DNA from: an uncultured Clostridia bacterium
GTDB lineage: Bacteria; Bacillota; Clostridia; Saccharofermentanales; DTU023
Length of the DNA: 64,000 nucleotides
NCBI GenBank assembly: GCA_946220865.1
Contig: CAMJYM010000001.1
Coordinates: forward strand, 62,259-126,258
Reading direction: 5' to 3'
This document shows, piece after piece, positions 44,019 through 52,133 of this stretch. The notes beneath the pieces were generated by a model. That model worked only from the letters and a program-made list of their open reading frames with translations, was not told the origin of the DNA and searched no databases. Both the position numbers and the translations under genes were made by a program. How positions within the stretch are numbered: position 1 is the stretch's first letter; each line of letters starts with the position of its first letter.

Positions 44019-45059
44019 ATGAGCTTAAAAGGTGAACTCAGGGCAAAAGCAGAGCCTTCGAAAAAAGCGGGCCGATGGCTGTTGCTCATCCTTATCCTCA
44101 TCATTATGGTTCTGGGACTGGCGCTCACCGCTCTCTTCTCTGTTTTTCAGACAGCGCACCTCCTGATGAGCCTTCCGGCAAAACCCTTTAATCACATTGG
44201 GGCACATCTCATGCCACCCTGTGATGAAATCAGCTTTCGCTCTCAGCGCTCAGATATCCTGCTGAGCGGCTGGTTTTTTAAATCTCGCGCTGTCTCGCGC
44301 GGTAACGTGATTCTCATCCACAACAACGGAGATAACCGCCTGCAATTTGATCTGCAGACGGCCGAACTTTACCGCTTTCTGAATGAAGAGAATTTTAATG
44401 TTCTCTCCTTTGATCTGCGACATTCCGGTAAATCCGATGGGCTGCAGTCCGCCTATGGGCTCGCCGAATATAAAGACGTGCTGGCAGCGATGATGGCTGC
44501 AGAGCGGCTCAGCGGTGACAAACGCATGCTGCTTTATGGCTTTGGCAGCGGTGTCACAGCTGCACTTCTTGCCTGGAATGAACTGCCCATAGAAGCTCCG
44601 GACGAAAAAGCACTGGCGGCAGATCCAGAGTTGCCAAATCTCTGCCGAAAAGATGTCCAGGCCCTGCTTTTGGATACCCCGGCCGCTTCAGTTTTTGATT
44701 ATATCCGTGTCGATCTGAACCCTGAAGGCTTCATGAACAAACATCTCTACTGGCCATTTTTACCTGAAGCCGTACGCCTGGCCTCAGGGGCAGGCCCACT
44801 CACCAATCTCATTCCGCTGGCAAGTCAAATTCAAGCGCCTATGTTTATCATAAGAAATTTACCCGAGCAGAGGATTCCACAGTATTCCATCGATGCATTT
44901 ATCAATGAACGCCTGCGCCTGAACGGCGAAATGACTCTCGTAAGCGAAATCGCAAAGGCAGGCCACCTTAGTGGCTTCACAGAGGATCAGGAGAGCTATC
45001 TTCAGAGTTTAAAAAGCTTTCTGGATCGCTGGATAGAATATTCACCTGTTTCTGAATAA
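44019..45059 (+). CDS. Membrane-anchored alpha/beta-hydrolase fold protein
   Basis: N-terminal TM (WLLLILILIIMVLGLALTALF), then HNNGDN and a nucleophile-elbow-like YGFGSGV. I took the ATG at 44019, behind GGGAGG. Confidence 0.6.
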   Translation: MSLKGELRAKAEPSKKAGRWLLLILILIIMVLGLALTALFSVFQTAHLLMSLPAKPFNHIGAHLMPPCDEISFRSQRSDILLSGWFFKSRAVSRGNVILIHNNGDNRLQFDLQTAELYRFLNEENFNVLSFDLRHSGKSDGLQSAYGLAEYKDVLAAMMAAERLSGDKRMLLYGFGSGVTAALLAWNELPIEAPDEKALAADPELPNLCRKDVQALLLDTPAASVFDYIRVDLNPEGFMNKHLYWPFLPEAVRLASGAGPLTNLIPLASQIQAPMFIIRNLPEQRIPQYSIDAFINERLRLNGEMTLVSEIAKAGHLSGFTEDQESYLQSLKSFLDRWIEYSPVSE

Positions 45060-45068
45060 ACGAAGGGT

Positions 45069-45701
45069 CTATACCCCACTGTGGCCAAAGCCACCTCCAC
45101 GGTCCTCACCAAAGACCGATACGTCATCACAGTCCTTAAACTCAGCCTGAGCTACCGGCTTGAGCAGGGCCTGGGCAATACGGTCTCCCCTGCTGATGCG
45201 CAGACTGCCCCAAAGCTCGCCAGCTTCATCAAGATAAACAGGAAGCTGTGCCATATTTCCAGGCAGGGATTGGACGGCCTCACTTTGTCCGCGCCGGTCA
45301 AGATATTCATCCAGGGAAAGGCACTCCGCTATTTTGCCAAAACTCTCCACTAGGGGCGAATGGGCCGCTATCAAGGCTGGTATCTCGGCTTGTGAGAAGC
45401 TGTTATAGGCCAGAATTTTAACTTCATCACGATAATCGGAATCAATGGTTCCAGGCGTATTGGCAAGGCGCAGTCGGCTGCGCAGTGAAAGACCGCTACG
45501 GGGCCGAATCTCTAATTCATAGCCCTCAGGGATCGCCATTTTCAAGCCGGTGGGCACGAGAACTGTTGTTCCGGGTGCGATAATCAGATCAACCGCAGCT
45601 TTTAAATCAAAACCTGCAGAAGCGGGGCTTGCATAAAATGGCCGGAGCTCATCCTGGTCAGTTTCCGGACTGAGCCATTCAAGGTAAAGGGGAATTTTCA
45701 T
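45069..45701 (-). CDS. dut: dUTP diphosphatase (trimeric Dut family) with a large internal insertion
   Basis: Motifs ASAGFDL, RPRSGL, GTIDSDYRDE, GDRIAQ and RGGGFGHSG are present. About 65 residues separate motif III from motif IV, versus about 10 in E. coli Dut. The ATG at 45701 overlaps the end of zapA. The track ORF extends further, to 45836. Confidence 0.8.
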   Translation of the reverse strand: MKIPLYLEWLSPETDQDELRPFYASPASAGFDLKAAVDLIIAPGTTVLVPTGLKMAIPEGYELEIRPRSGLSLRSRLRLANTPGTIDSDYRDEVKILAYNSFSQAEIPALIAAHSPLVESFGKIAECLSLDEYLDRRGQSEAVQSLPGNMAQLPVYLDEAGELWGSLRISRGDRIAQALLKPVAQAEFKDCDDVSVFGEDRGGGFGHSGV

Positions 45702-46179
45702 GCGGATTCTCAATTTCTTCAAAGCTGCGCTGCATGCGATCCAGGGGTTTAGCTTCATCCACACCCTTCGCTCTAGCGCTCTTACGACTGCTGCCGACAG
45801 GTGACATCTGTGAGATTCTCTCTTCATAAATCTCACAGAGGTTGCGATAATAAAGGAGATCCTTTTTTATTTCCCAGCATTGCTCGCGCATACGCAAAAG
45901 GTTCGCCTGACTTTCTTCAAGCTCCTTTTGCAGGCGATCCTGCGCACCCGCCACTTGACTTCCGGATTCCTTTATCTTTTCGATCTGATCCAGAAGGTTC
46001 ACCAGGGCAAGTACAGAAGCTGCCTGATCTCCCATCCCTGTATTCTGACTTTTCAGGGTACAAATCAGCTCATCCGCCATTTTGGCTATCGCGCGCATAT
46101 ATTCAGCATTCTCGTTGGCCAGGATATGATATGTCATGGACCCTATGCGCACTGAAATCCGCTCCTCCACAGCGCTCAC
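45679..46179 (-). CDS. zapA: Cell division protein ZapA
   Basis: ISVRIGSMTYHILANENAEYMRAIAKMADEL is ZapA-like, followed by a C-terminal coiled coil. GTG start; an alternative GTG lies at 46170. Confidence 0.75.
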   Translation of the reverse strand: MSAVEERISVRIGSMTYHILANENAEYMRAIAKMADELICTLKSQNTGMGDQAASVLALVNLLDQIEKIKESGSQVAGAQDRLQKELEESQANLLRMREQCWEIKKDLLYYRNLCEIYEERISQMSPVGSSRKSARAKGVDEAKPLDRMQRSFEEIENPHENSPLP

Positions 46180-46201
46180 CTCTTTCTCTCACATCATTTT
46201 A

Positions 46202-47047
46202 TCATGAATGCAAAGCTGCTTCAGGCAGCAGTATTGAAAATAAGCTCAGATATTCTTGCGGACTCAAGCTTTCAGCTCTTTGCGACAGGAGCTTTTGCTC
46301 CTCTGCGTCGAGCCGCTCCAGAGGTAGCGATTTCAGCGTATTCTTCAGCGTCTTACGGCGCTGGGCAAAGGCAAGTTTGAGAAAGCGCTCAAAACATGGC
46401 CACCTCGAGCTTTTGAGCCTTGCTTGAGCGTGTGGATACAGGCTGAGGACAACACTGTCAACTTCGGGCTGAGGATAAAAACACCCCGGGCCAAGCGTTT
46501 TGCTAAGTTTTTTTGAGCCATAAACAGCCGCCAGCACGGCCGAAGGTCCATAGGCTTTGCTGCCCGGATCAGCCGTCAGGCGAAGCGCAGTTTCCTTTTG
46601 CAGGAGAAAACAAAAGCCGCCGGCATAAGGGACTTCAACCAGGGCTTTGGTAAAAAGTTCGGTGCTGAGATAATAGGGTAAGTTACCAAACAAATACGCT
46701 TTTTTTCTGCTATCGAGCAAATCAGCAAAATGTATGGCGCGGGCATCCGCAAAAATAAGTCTGAGATTTTCCTGAGGAAGCTCTCTTTTCAGAAGTTTCT
46801 CAAAGCGGCGGTCAAGTTCGATGCAAGAGAGTTCCACGCCTCTGGAAAGTAGTTCAAAACTGAGATGTCCCAGTCCCGGGCCAATTTCTAAAACAGCACA
46901 GCTTGCCTCCAAAGGAAAGAGGAGCGACATCTCCCGACAAAGCTCAGGTCGACAAAGAAAATTCTGTCCCAGAGTTTTTTTGGGTTTCAGGTCGTATGCA
47001 AGGAGAAGCTCACGCACGCCCGGATAAGCTGAGGGTGAAGTTTCCAT
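46202..47047 (-). CDS. rsmA: 16S rRNA (adenine1518/1519-N6)-dimethyltransferase RsmA/KsgA
   Basis: KKTLGQNFL and the SAM motif VLEIGPGLGHLS are present. The ATG shares one nucleotide with the upstream stop (TGATG). Confidence 0.9.
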   Translation of the reverse strand: METSPSAYPGVRELLLAYDLKPKKTLGQNFLCRPELCREMSLLFPLEASCAVLEIGPGLGHLSFELLSRGVELSCIELDRRFEKLLKRELPQENLRLIFADARAIHFADLLDSRKKAYLFGNLPYYLSTELFTKALVEVPYAGGFCFLLQKETALRLTADPGSKAYGPSAVLAAVYGSKKLSKTLGPGCFYPQPEVDSVVLSLYPHAQARLKSSRWPCFERFLKLAFAQRRKTLKNTLKSLPLERLDAEEQKLLSQRAESLSPQEYLSLFSILLPEAALHS

Positions 47048-48198
47048 CAGGGGGTTGAAATAAGGTAGACATTGCGTCTCGCTGTGGCCAGGCCCATGCC
47101 ATTCTCTATTTCGTGCGCATCATAAGAAAGATCAATAAAGCCGGAACCCATGCCGTGGCGGTCAGCAACAACAGCAAGACCATAATCTTCTACAAAAACA
47201 ACCGCTCCCATAGGGAGATCGTTGCAGGCAATAAGGCCACGTTGAGCGAGAATCCCGCTCGCTGTGGGATTGCAGTCTCCGTAGGCAAAGTCTGATAATT
47301 TAGCGCACTCATACCCGTCATAGCAGGTGCTATTCCAGTTATAGACCTGACTTACGGCAAAAATACTGCCATCTACTATAATCGTGCCATCCCCATTGTC
47401 ATTGAAACTCAGATAATTAGCGTTGCCGTTACGCTGGAGAAGGCCGGCAACAATCTGAAAATTAGCCTCCGCTGCAGACTTACTTCCGGGAGCACTGAAA
47501 GCTGCATTGAGGACATTGGCCAGTGAGGAATTGCCCTGCCCCTGGTTTTGCCAGGCTGCCGGGCTCTGCTCTGAAGGCTGTTCCATGGATGGATTTGGCT
47601 GTATTGATTCCGAAGGCTGAGTTTCCGGGGTCAGCGCCGGCGCAGGCTCAGGTGTCGGTACAGGTGCTGGAGCCTCAGCCTCGACGGCCGCTGCAGCCAG
47701 GCCCGTCTGAGGGGTGGGTATTTCCGCTTCGGTATACTGAAGAACGGCGAGATCCAGCGCTCGCTGCAGAATTTCTTCATCCGCCTCATCAATCTGTCTG
47801 CGGACATCTGCAGGCAGGGTTAAACGTACCGCTTCTTTTTTCTTTGATTCGGAAGCAGAGCGCTTATTTTGCCGCAGGCCACTGGCCAAACTCAAATCAA
47901 ATTGATGGGATAAATTCCCTGAATATTTTGTTGCTTTAATCGTACCGGCAGCTCGTTTGGTTCTGCTGGTTTCAGGAGTGCTGCTCTCATGACGATTATT
48001 CTTCGAACTTTCCTTTTGCTGCCCGGCAGCCGATAAAAAATCAAAAGGAGCAGATTGATCGCCAGCATTCACAGAAAGAGCACGCATGTTGACGGATTTT
48101 TGTTCCTGCAGGCGAATCACTGCCGCAGTTAAAAATACCGCAGTAAAAAGCACGATAGCGAAAAATATTAGAATAGTGATTGTTTTTCGTTCTTGCAT
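47047..48198 (-). CDS. Membrane-anchored 3D-domain protein (YabE-like cell-wall-associated protein)
   Basis: N-terminal TM, a Pro/Ala/Glu-rich linker and a C-terminal 3D-domain-like end (VVFVEDYGLAVVADRHGMGSGFIDLSYD). It sits upstream of rsmA, like Bacillus yabE. Confidence 0.65.
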   Translation of the reverse strand: MQERKTITILIFFAIVLFTAVFLTAAVIRLQEQKSVNMRALSVNAGDQSAPFDFLSAAGQQKESSKNNRHESSTPETSRTKRAAGTIKATKYSGNLSHQFDLSLASGLRQNKRSASESKKKEAVRLTLPADVRRQIDEADEEILQRALDLAVLQYTEAEIPTPQTGLAAAAVEAEAPAPVPTPEPAPALTPETQPSESIQPNPSMEQPSEQSPAAWQNQGQGNSSLANVLNAAFSAPGSKSAAEANFQIVAGLLQRNGNANYLSFNDNGDGTIIVDGSIFAVSQVYNWNSTCYDGYECAKLSDFAYGDCNPTASGILAQRGLIACNDLPMGAVVFVEDYGLAVVADRHGMGSGFIDLSYDAHEIENGMGLATARRNVYLISTP

Positions 48199-48253
48199 AA
48201 GTTTACCTTGCTTCAGGTGAGAGCACAGAGAGATTCACAAAATTTTCCCTCAC

Positions 48254-48282
48254 AAAAAAGTCAGAAGAAAAAGAACTCTGAC
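48254..48282 (-). terminator. Terminator-like hairpin inside the 5' leader of the 3D-domain gene (possible attenuator)
   Basis: The minus strand reads GTCAGA-gttctttttct-TCTGAC followed by TTTTTTG, about 12-40 nt downstream of the predicted TSS. The stem is only 6 bp. Confidence 0.4.
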
Positions 48283-48300
48283 CTCACCAAACGCAAGTGA

Positions 48301-48329
48301 ATTATACTTCGCCTGCTTTTTCCTGTCAA
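48301..48329 (-). promoter_or_regulatory. Consensus sigma-70 promoter for the 3D-domain/rsmA/zapA/dut gene string
   Basis: The minus strand reads TTGACA (48329-48324), a 17-nt spacer, then TATAAT (48306-48301). Both hexamers match consensus exactly. Confidence 0.65.
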
Positions 48330-48379
48330 ATCTCAAAGTCTTGAAAAAGAGGGTTCCAAATCGCGTAGTTTTAAGATTA

Positions 48380-48398
48380 TGACGACAAATTGTCGTCA
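48380..48398. promoter_or_regulatory. Perfect 19-bp palindrome TGACGACAAATTGTCGTCA
   Basis: 9-bp arms around a single central base, about 50 bp upstream of the -35 box above and about 210 bp downstream of the htpG stop. Confidence 0.5.
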
Positions 48399-48604
48399 GA
48401 GTGGTGATGAGCGCAAACGATGGGTGCATCTATTTTCATATTTACAATGTAATGCATATCTTGTTGCGTTGCAAAACATAATAAACAAAAGTTCTTTATT
48501 TTTTTAACCTCAGGACGTAAGACAGACTCTTCGCTGCCTAAGGAGGATGGGACACATAGCTCTGCTAATCTTTTTGAGGGCCATGTACAAGCCTTTCCTA
48601 CTGC

Positions 48605-50428
48605 TCAGCCTTGCAAGGCCTCTTCTGCAAAATTCTGGCACTTGCTGAGGAAAAGCTTAAGTTCATCCCCTTTAAGCTCCCCACGGGCAAGTTTGGCGAG
48701 GTCAAGAAGATAAGCTGCAAGCTTCTGACTCTCTTCTTTTTTGCCCTCTTTCAGGGTCTTCTGCAAAACGGCGATGAGCGGATTGTCTTTATTTAAAATC
48801 ACCCGCATATCCTCTCCACGCTCTGCGATCAGCTGGTCAAGGTCCATATGTGTCGGACTGTGTTCCGTCTGTCCGAGAAGCTCTCTGACTTCTTTAAGTC
48901 TCCGGGTTTCCTCATCCTGAGTAAGCAAGAGTGGCAACTTGTCCGCCCCGAGAGAACGGAGGCTAAGCGTTAAGGCAGGCCGCTGCATCAACTCAGCAAA
49001 AAGTGAAGCCGCCTGTTCATCTGGCTCATCTCCAGATTGATCCAGTGCCGCATCAAGGCGACGGAAATGGATTTCCCCCTCTTTGAGGTATTCCACAAGA
49101 GCCATGAACTGGAGATCAGCTTCATGATCCATAATAAGAACCGGGGTTTCAGCAGGCAGTAATTCTGCATAGCTTCCCAGGGCGCCCTGCCGATCACTGT
49201 AAGTCAAAGTTTTACCTGGCAGTTCCGCAAGAGTCCTTAACTGACCTTCTTTATCTTCAAAAAGGAAAATATCCAATAGCTTGCGGGCAAATTTTTCGTC
49301 CTGGAGACTGCCGAATTTAATAAAGCGCTCCAATTTCGGCCAGATTTTTTCGTAACGCCCGCGGTCATCACGGAAAAGCTGAACTAACTCATCTGCCACT
49401 TTTTTGACAATATGAGCAGAAAGCCTTTTGACGGTTGCATCATTCTGCAAATAGGAGCGTGAAACATTGAGCGGTAGATCCGGGCAATCCAGAAAACCCT
49501 GAAGGAGAAAGAGAAAATCCGGAATCATCTCATGCAGATGATCTGACACAAAGACCTGGCGGCTGTACACGCGGATGCGGCCTTCCGCACTCACGAAATG
49601 ATTGCTGTCAGCAGGAAAATAGAGAATGCCCTGGAGGCGCAGAGGATAATCCATATTCAGATGAATATGGAATAAGGGCTCCCCTTCATGCGGGAAATTC
49701 TTCTGATAAAAATCAAGGTAGTCTTTATCTGTACAGTCCCGAGGCTTTTTCAGCCAAAGAGGGTGATTATCATTGATCTGCTCACCCTTTTCCTCTGACT
49801 TGTCACTGAAAAAAACAGGATAAGCCATGAAACCACAGTACTTTGCAAGGAGCGAGCGTATCTTGAAAGCAGGATAATTTTTCAGACCTTCTTCACTCAG
49901 ATGCAGAAGAATATCGGTGCCAATCTCTTTTTTATCGGAGGCCGACATTCTGAAGTTCTCCCCGTCTTCGCTCTCCCAGCGCACGGCTTCCTGATCCGGG
50001 AAGGTGGAGAGGGTGTTGATCTCAACCTTATCAGAGACCATGAAAGCGGAGTAAAAGCCGAGGCCAAAGTGCCCAATAACACTTTGCCCGCTCTTTTCAA
50101 TTTCCTGATATTTCTGGACAAAATCGACCAGGCCTGAGCAGGCAATCTGATTGATATATTTGTCCACTTCCCCGGCAGTCATGCCGATACCGTTATCTTC
50201 AATATGCAGACATTTATTTTCACTGTCCAGATAGACACGGACATAAAATTCATCACAGTTGGCTGAAATTTTTCCGCTGCGTGCAAGCATCTCTCTCTTG
50301 GCGAGCGCATCGAGCGCGTTGGCAACAAGTTCGCGCAAAAAGATTTCTTCCTCGGAGTAGAGCCACTGGCGAATAATGGGAAAAATGTTTTCGGAACTGA
50401 CCGATATCTTGCCGCTATTTTCTTTCAT
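48605..50428 (-). CDS. htpG: Molecular chaperone HtpG (Hsp90 family)
   Basis: FPIIRQWLYSEEEIFLRELVANALDA (GHKL N-domain) and IGHFGLGFYSAFMV are present. I took the ATG at 50428 (GAGGT RBS). The 178 extra upstream codons of the track ORF lie antisense to the sortase low-complexity region. Confidence 0.9.
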   Translation of the reverse strand: MKENSGKISVSSENIFPIIRQWLYSEEEIFLRELVANALDALAKREMLARSGKISANCDEFYVRVYLDSENKCLHIEDNGIGMTAGEVDKYINQIACSGLVDFVQKYQEIEKSGQSVIGHFGLGFYSAFMVSDKVEINTLSTFPDQEAVRWESEDGENFRMSASDKKEIGTDILLHLSEEGLKNYPAFKIRSLLAKYCGFMAYPVFFSDKSEEKGEQINDNHPLWLKKPRDCTDKDYLDFYQKNFPHEGEPLFHIHLNMDYPLRLQGILYFPADSNHFVSAEGRIRVYSRQVFVSDHLHEMIPDFLFLLQGFLDCPDLPLNVSRSYLQNDATVKRLSAHIVKKVADELVQLFRDDRGRYEKIWPKLERFIKFGSLQDEKFARKLLDIFLFEDKEGQLRTLAELPGKTLTYSDRQGALGSYAELLPAETPVLIMDHEADLQFMALVEYLKEGEIHFRRLDAALDQSGDEPDEQAASLFAELMQRPALTLSLRSLGADKLPLLLTQDEETRRLKEVRELLGQTEHSPTHMDLDQLIAERGEDMRVILNKDNPLIAVLQKTLKEGKKEESQKLAAYLLDLAKLARGELKGDELKLFLSKCQNFAEEALQG

Positions 50429-50464
50429 GACTTTAACCTCTGTCCATTTTGTGAAATAATAGGC

Positions 50465-50493
50465 CGACACCAGGTGAATAAAGGCTGGTGTCG
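50465..50493. promoter_or_regulatory. Inverted repeat (9-bp arms, 11-nt spacer) in the htpG / sortase divergent region
   Basis: CGACACCAG (50465-50473) and CTGGTGTCG (50485-50493) are exact reverse complements. The element lies 37-65 nt upstream of the htpG ATG. Confidence 0.5.
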
Positions 50494-50571
50494 CTTTACT
50501 AACATAGCACGATTGAGCTAAAATATAAAACAGTTTCCAGGCTATCAGGCCATTTATGAGGTGTAATTTAG

Positions 50572-51708
50572 ATGACTCCTTTTTCTGATTCTGACCCACG
50601 AAGGAATAGCAGACAGCCCTATGGACAAAACGTCCAGGGGCGTGGCAATCTTTCAGGCAGACAAGCTGCACCACGTCCTTCCTATGCGGGCAGCCGCAGT
50701 AGTGGGCGTCCTGTCTCCCAACAGCCTTCGCGTCCTCAGAATCCAAATCCTTACCCAGGCAGAGCGCCTTATGGCCAACAGCAAAGGTCTCCTTACCCTC
50801 CCCAGGGATCCCGTTATCCGCGTCCCGGAGAAAAGTCCGACAGAGTAAACCCCTACCGGTCTCCTTCGCCTTACCCTCAGCAGGGCAACCGTTATCCATA
50901 TGGGTCAGGCCCTTCCGGCAGAAGACCTGAACCGAAGAGAGGAAGCCGACAAGCGCGGACAAAGCAGGGTAAAAAAACTTCCCGTTGGATCCTTGCCCTT
51001 CTCGATATCGGCATCGTTGCAGTTCTGGGGGCAGCCGTTTTCTTCCTGCTCAAGCCCATCATTATGGAGCGTCAGGTAGAGCGATACAAAGCCAATACTC
51101 TTGAGCGTCTGCAGAGAAATCCAAATGAAACCATCATCGAAAAGGTCGACAAAAATTTTGGCAAGGTCTTCGGCGAATCAGCTGAACCTCTCCCTCCCGG
51201 CGTGGAATTTGTCGACAACGATGCTGATCTCCCGGACAGTGAAACCATTACGGTGAACTTTGTTGGCCGTCTGGTCATTCCACGAATCGGCTGTAATACT
51301 CCACTCTCATTGGATTACGGTGTCATGCCTTCTATCCGTTTCTCTGCGGGTATTCATGGCTCTTTTGCCAATCTCCTGGATCCAGGTCTGACGAATATCT
51401 TTGGTCACCGCTATCTGACTAAAGGGCGCGACTTTAACCGCCTGAATGAGATGGAGCCGGGCGACCAGTTTTACATTGATTACAACGTCGATGGCCTGCG
51501 CCATTTTTATAAAGTTACAGAAGTAAAGATCATCCCCAGGGAGGAAATTCAGGAAAGGGTTTACGACCAGTTTGAACAGAAAACACTCTGTCTGATCACC
51601 TGCCATCCCCCGAACTACAGTGATGACAGCGAACGACTGCTGGTCTACGCTGTCCCGGATGATTCTATGGAAACCATAGCGATCCCCGCCCAGAACATCA
51701 ATGAATAA
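50572..51708 (+). CDS. Sortase-family transpeptidase with long low-complexity N-terminal extension
   Basis: The C-terminal domain has His (NIFGHRY), a TLxTC-like LCLITCHP and a downstream Arg. A TM helix (WILALLDIGIVAVLGAAVFFLL) precedes it. The first ~130 aa are Pro/Gln/Arg/Tyr/Ser-rich. GAGGTG RBS. Confidence 0.8.
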   Translation: MTPFSDSDPRRNSRQPYGQNVQGRGNLSGRQAAPRPSYAGSRSSGRPVSQQPSRPQNPNPYPGRAPYGQQQRSPYPPQGSRYPRPGEKSDRVNPYRSPSPYPQQGNRYPYGSGPSGRRPEPKRGSRQARTKQGKKTSRWILALLDIGIVAVLGAAVFFLLKPIIMERQVERYKANTLERLQRNPNETIIEKVDKNFGKVFGESAEPLPPGVEFVDNDADLPDSETITVNFVGRLVIPRIGCNTPLSLDYGVMPSIRFSAGIHGSFANLLDPGLTNIFGHRYLTKGRDFNRLNEMEPGDQFYIDYNVDGLRHFYKVTEVKIIPREEIQERVYDQFEQKTLCLITCHPPNYSDDSERLLVYAVPDDSMETIAIPAQNINE

Positions 51709-51713
51709 ACAAC

Positions 51714-51748
51714 GAAAAACAGCCCCGTTGAAACGGGGCTGTTTTTTT
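51714..51748. terminator. Bidirectional rho-independent terminator between convergent genes
   Basis: AAAAA-CAGCCCCGTT-gaa-AACGGGGCTG-TTTTTTT. It serves the sortase gene (+) and the YdbC-like gene (-). Confidence 0.85.
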
Positions 51749-51749
51749 A

Positions 51750-51992
51750 CTATTCCTGGCCAAAAACCTCATCGAGATTCATCTCATTCAGCATTTCACG
51801 GAGAATAGCAGCCTCTTCACGATTGAGCGAGACGCCTTTACCCATTTTCGCATGCTCTGGCGCCCAGTCACGGATATCCAGCTTGGCTTTGGCGTCGTTC
51901 CAGCTCACCAGATTAAGTTCACGACTCCAGCCTGATTTGCTGCTGCTGAGCTGTCCTATTTCCTTCTTGATTTCATATTTAAATTCTGCCAT
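51750..51992 (-). CDS. YdbC-family (PC4-like) small protein
   Basis: 80 aa with GWSRELNLVSWNDAKAKLDIRDW and GKGVSLNREEAAIL, the pattern I associate with the bacterial PC4-like/YdbC family. Confidence 0.55.
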   Translation of the reverse strand: MAEFKYEIKKEIGQLSSSKSGWSRELNLVSWNDAKAKLDIRDWAPEHAKMGKGVSLNREEAAILREMLNEMNLDEVFGQE

Positions 51993-52133
51993 CTCTAAAT
52001 CCTTCTTTCCATCAATGATAGCTTTTCCTGACTCAAGGTCAGTGGAAAAGTGCTTAATCTATTCCGCTGTTTGATCATGACAGCTGTTCTATCATTTCAT
52101 CCGCCCAACCTTCTGTCAAGGCGTTGCGACGGA

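Noticed and set aside
48541-48604. A canonical intrinsic terminator downstream of htpG.
   Set aside because: The only hairpin (CCTTAGG-N22-CCTGAGG on the minus strand) is followed by an A-run rather than a U-tract, so I did not call a terminator.
50429-50962. A 178-codon N-terminal extension of the htpG ORF.
   Set aside because: HtpG homology begins at the Met at 50428, which has its own RBS. The extension is antisense to the low-complexity 5' part of the sortase gene, and the two would overlap head-on.
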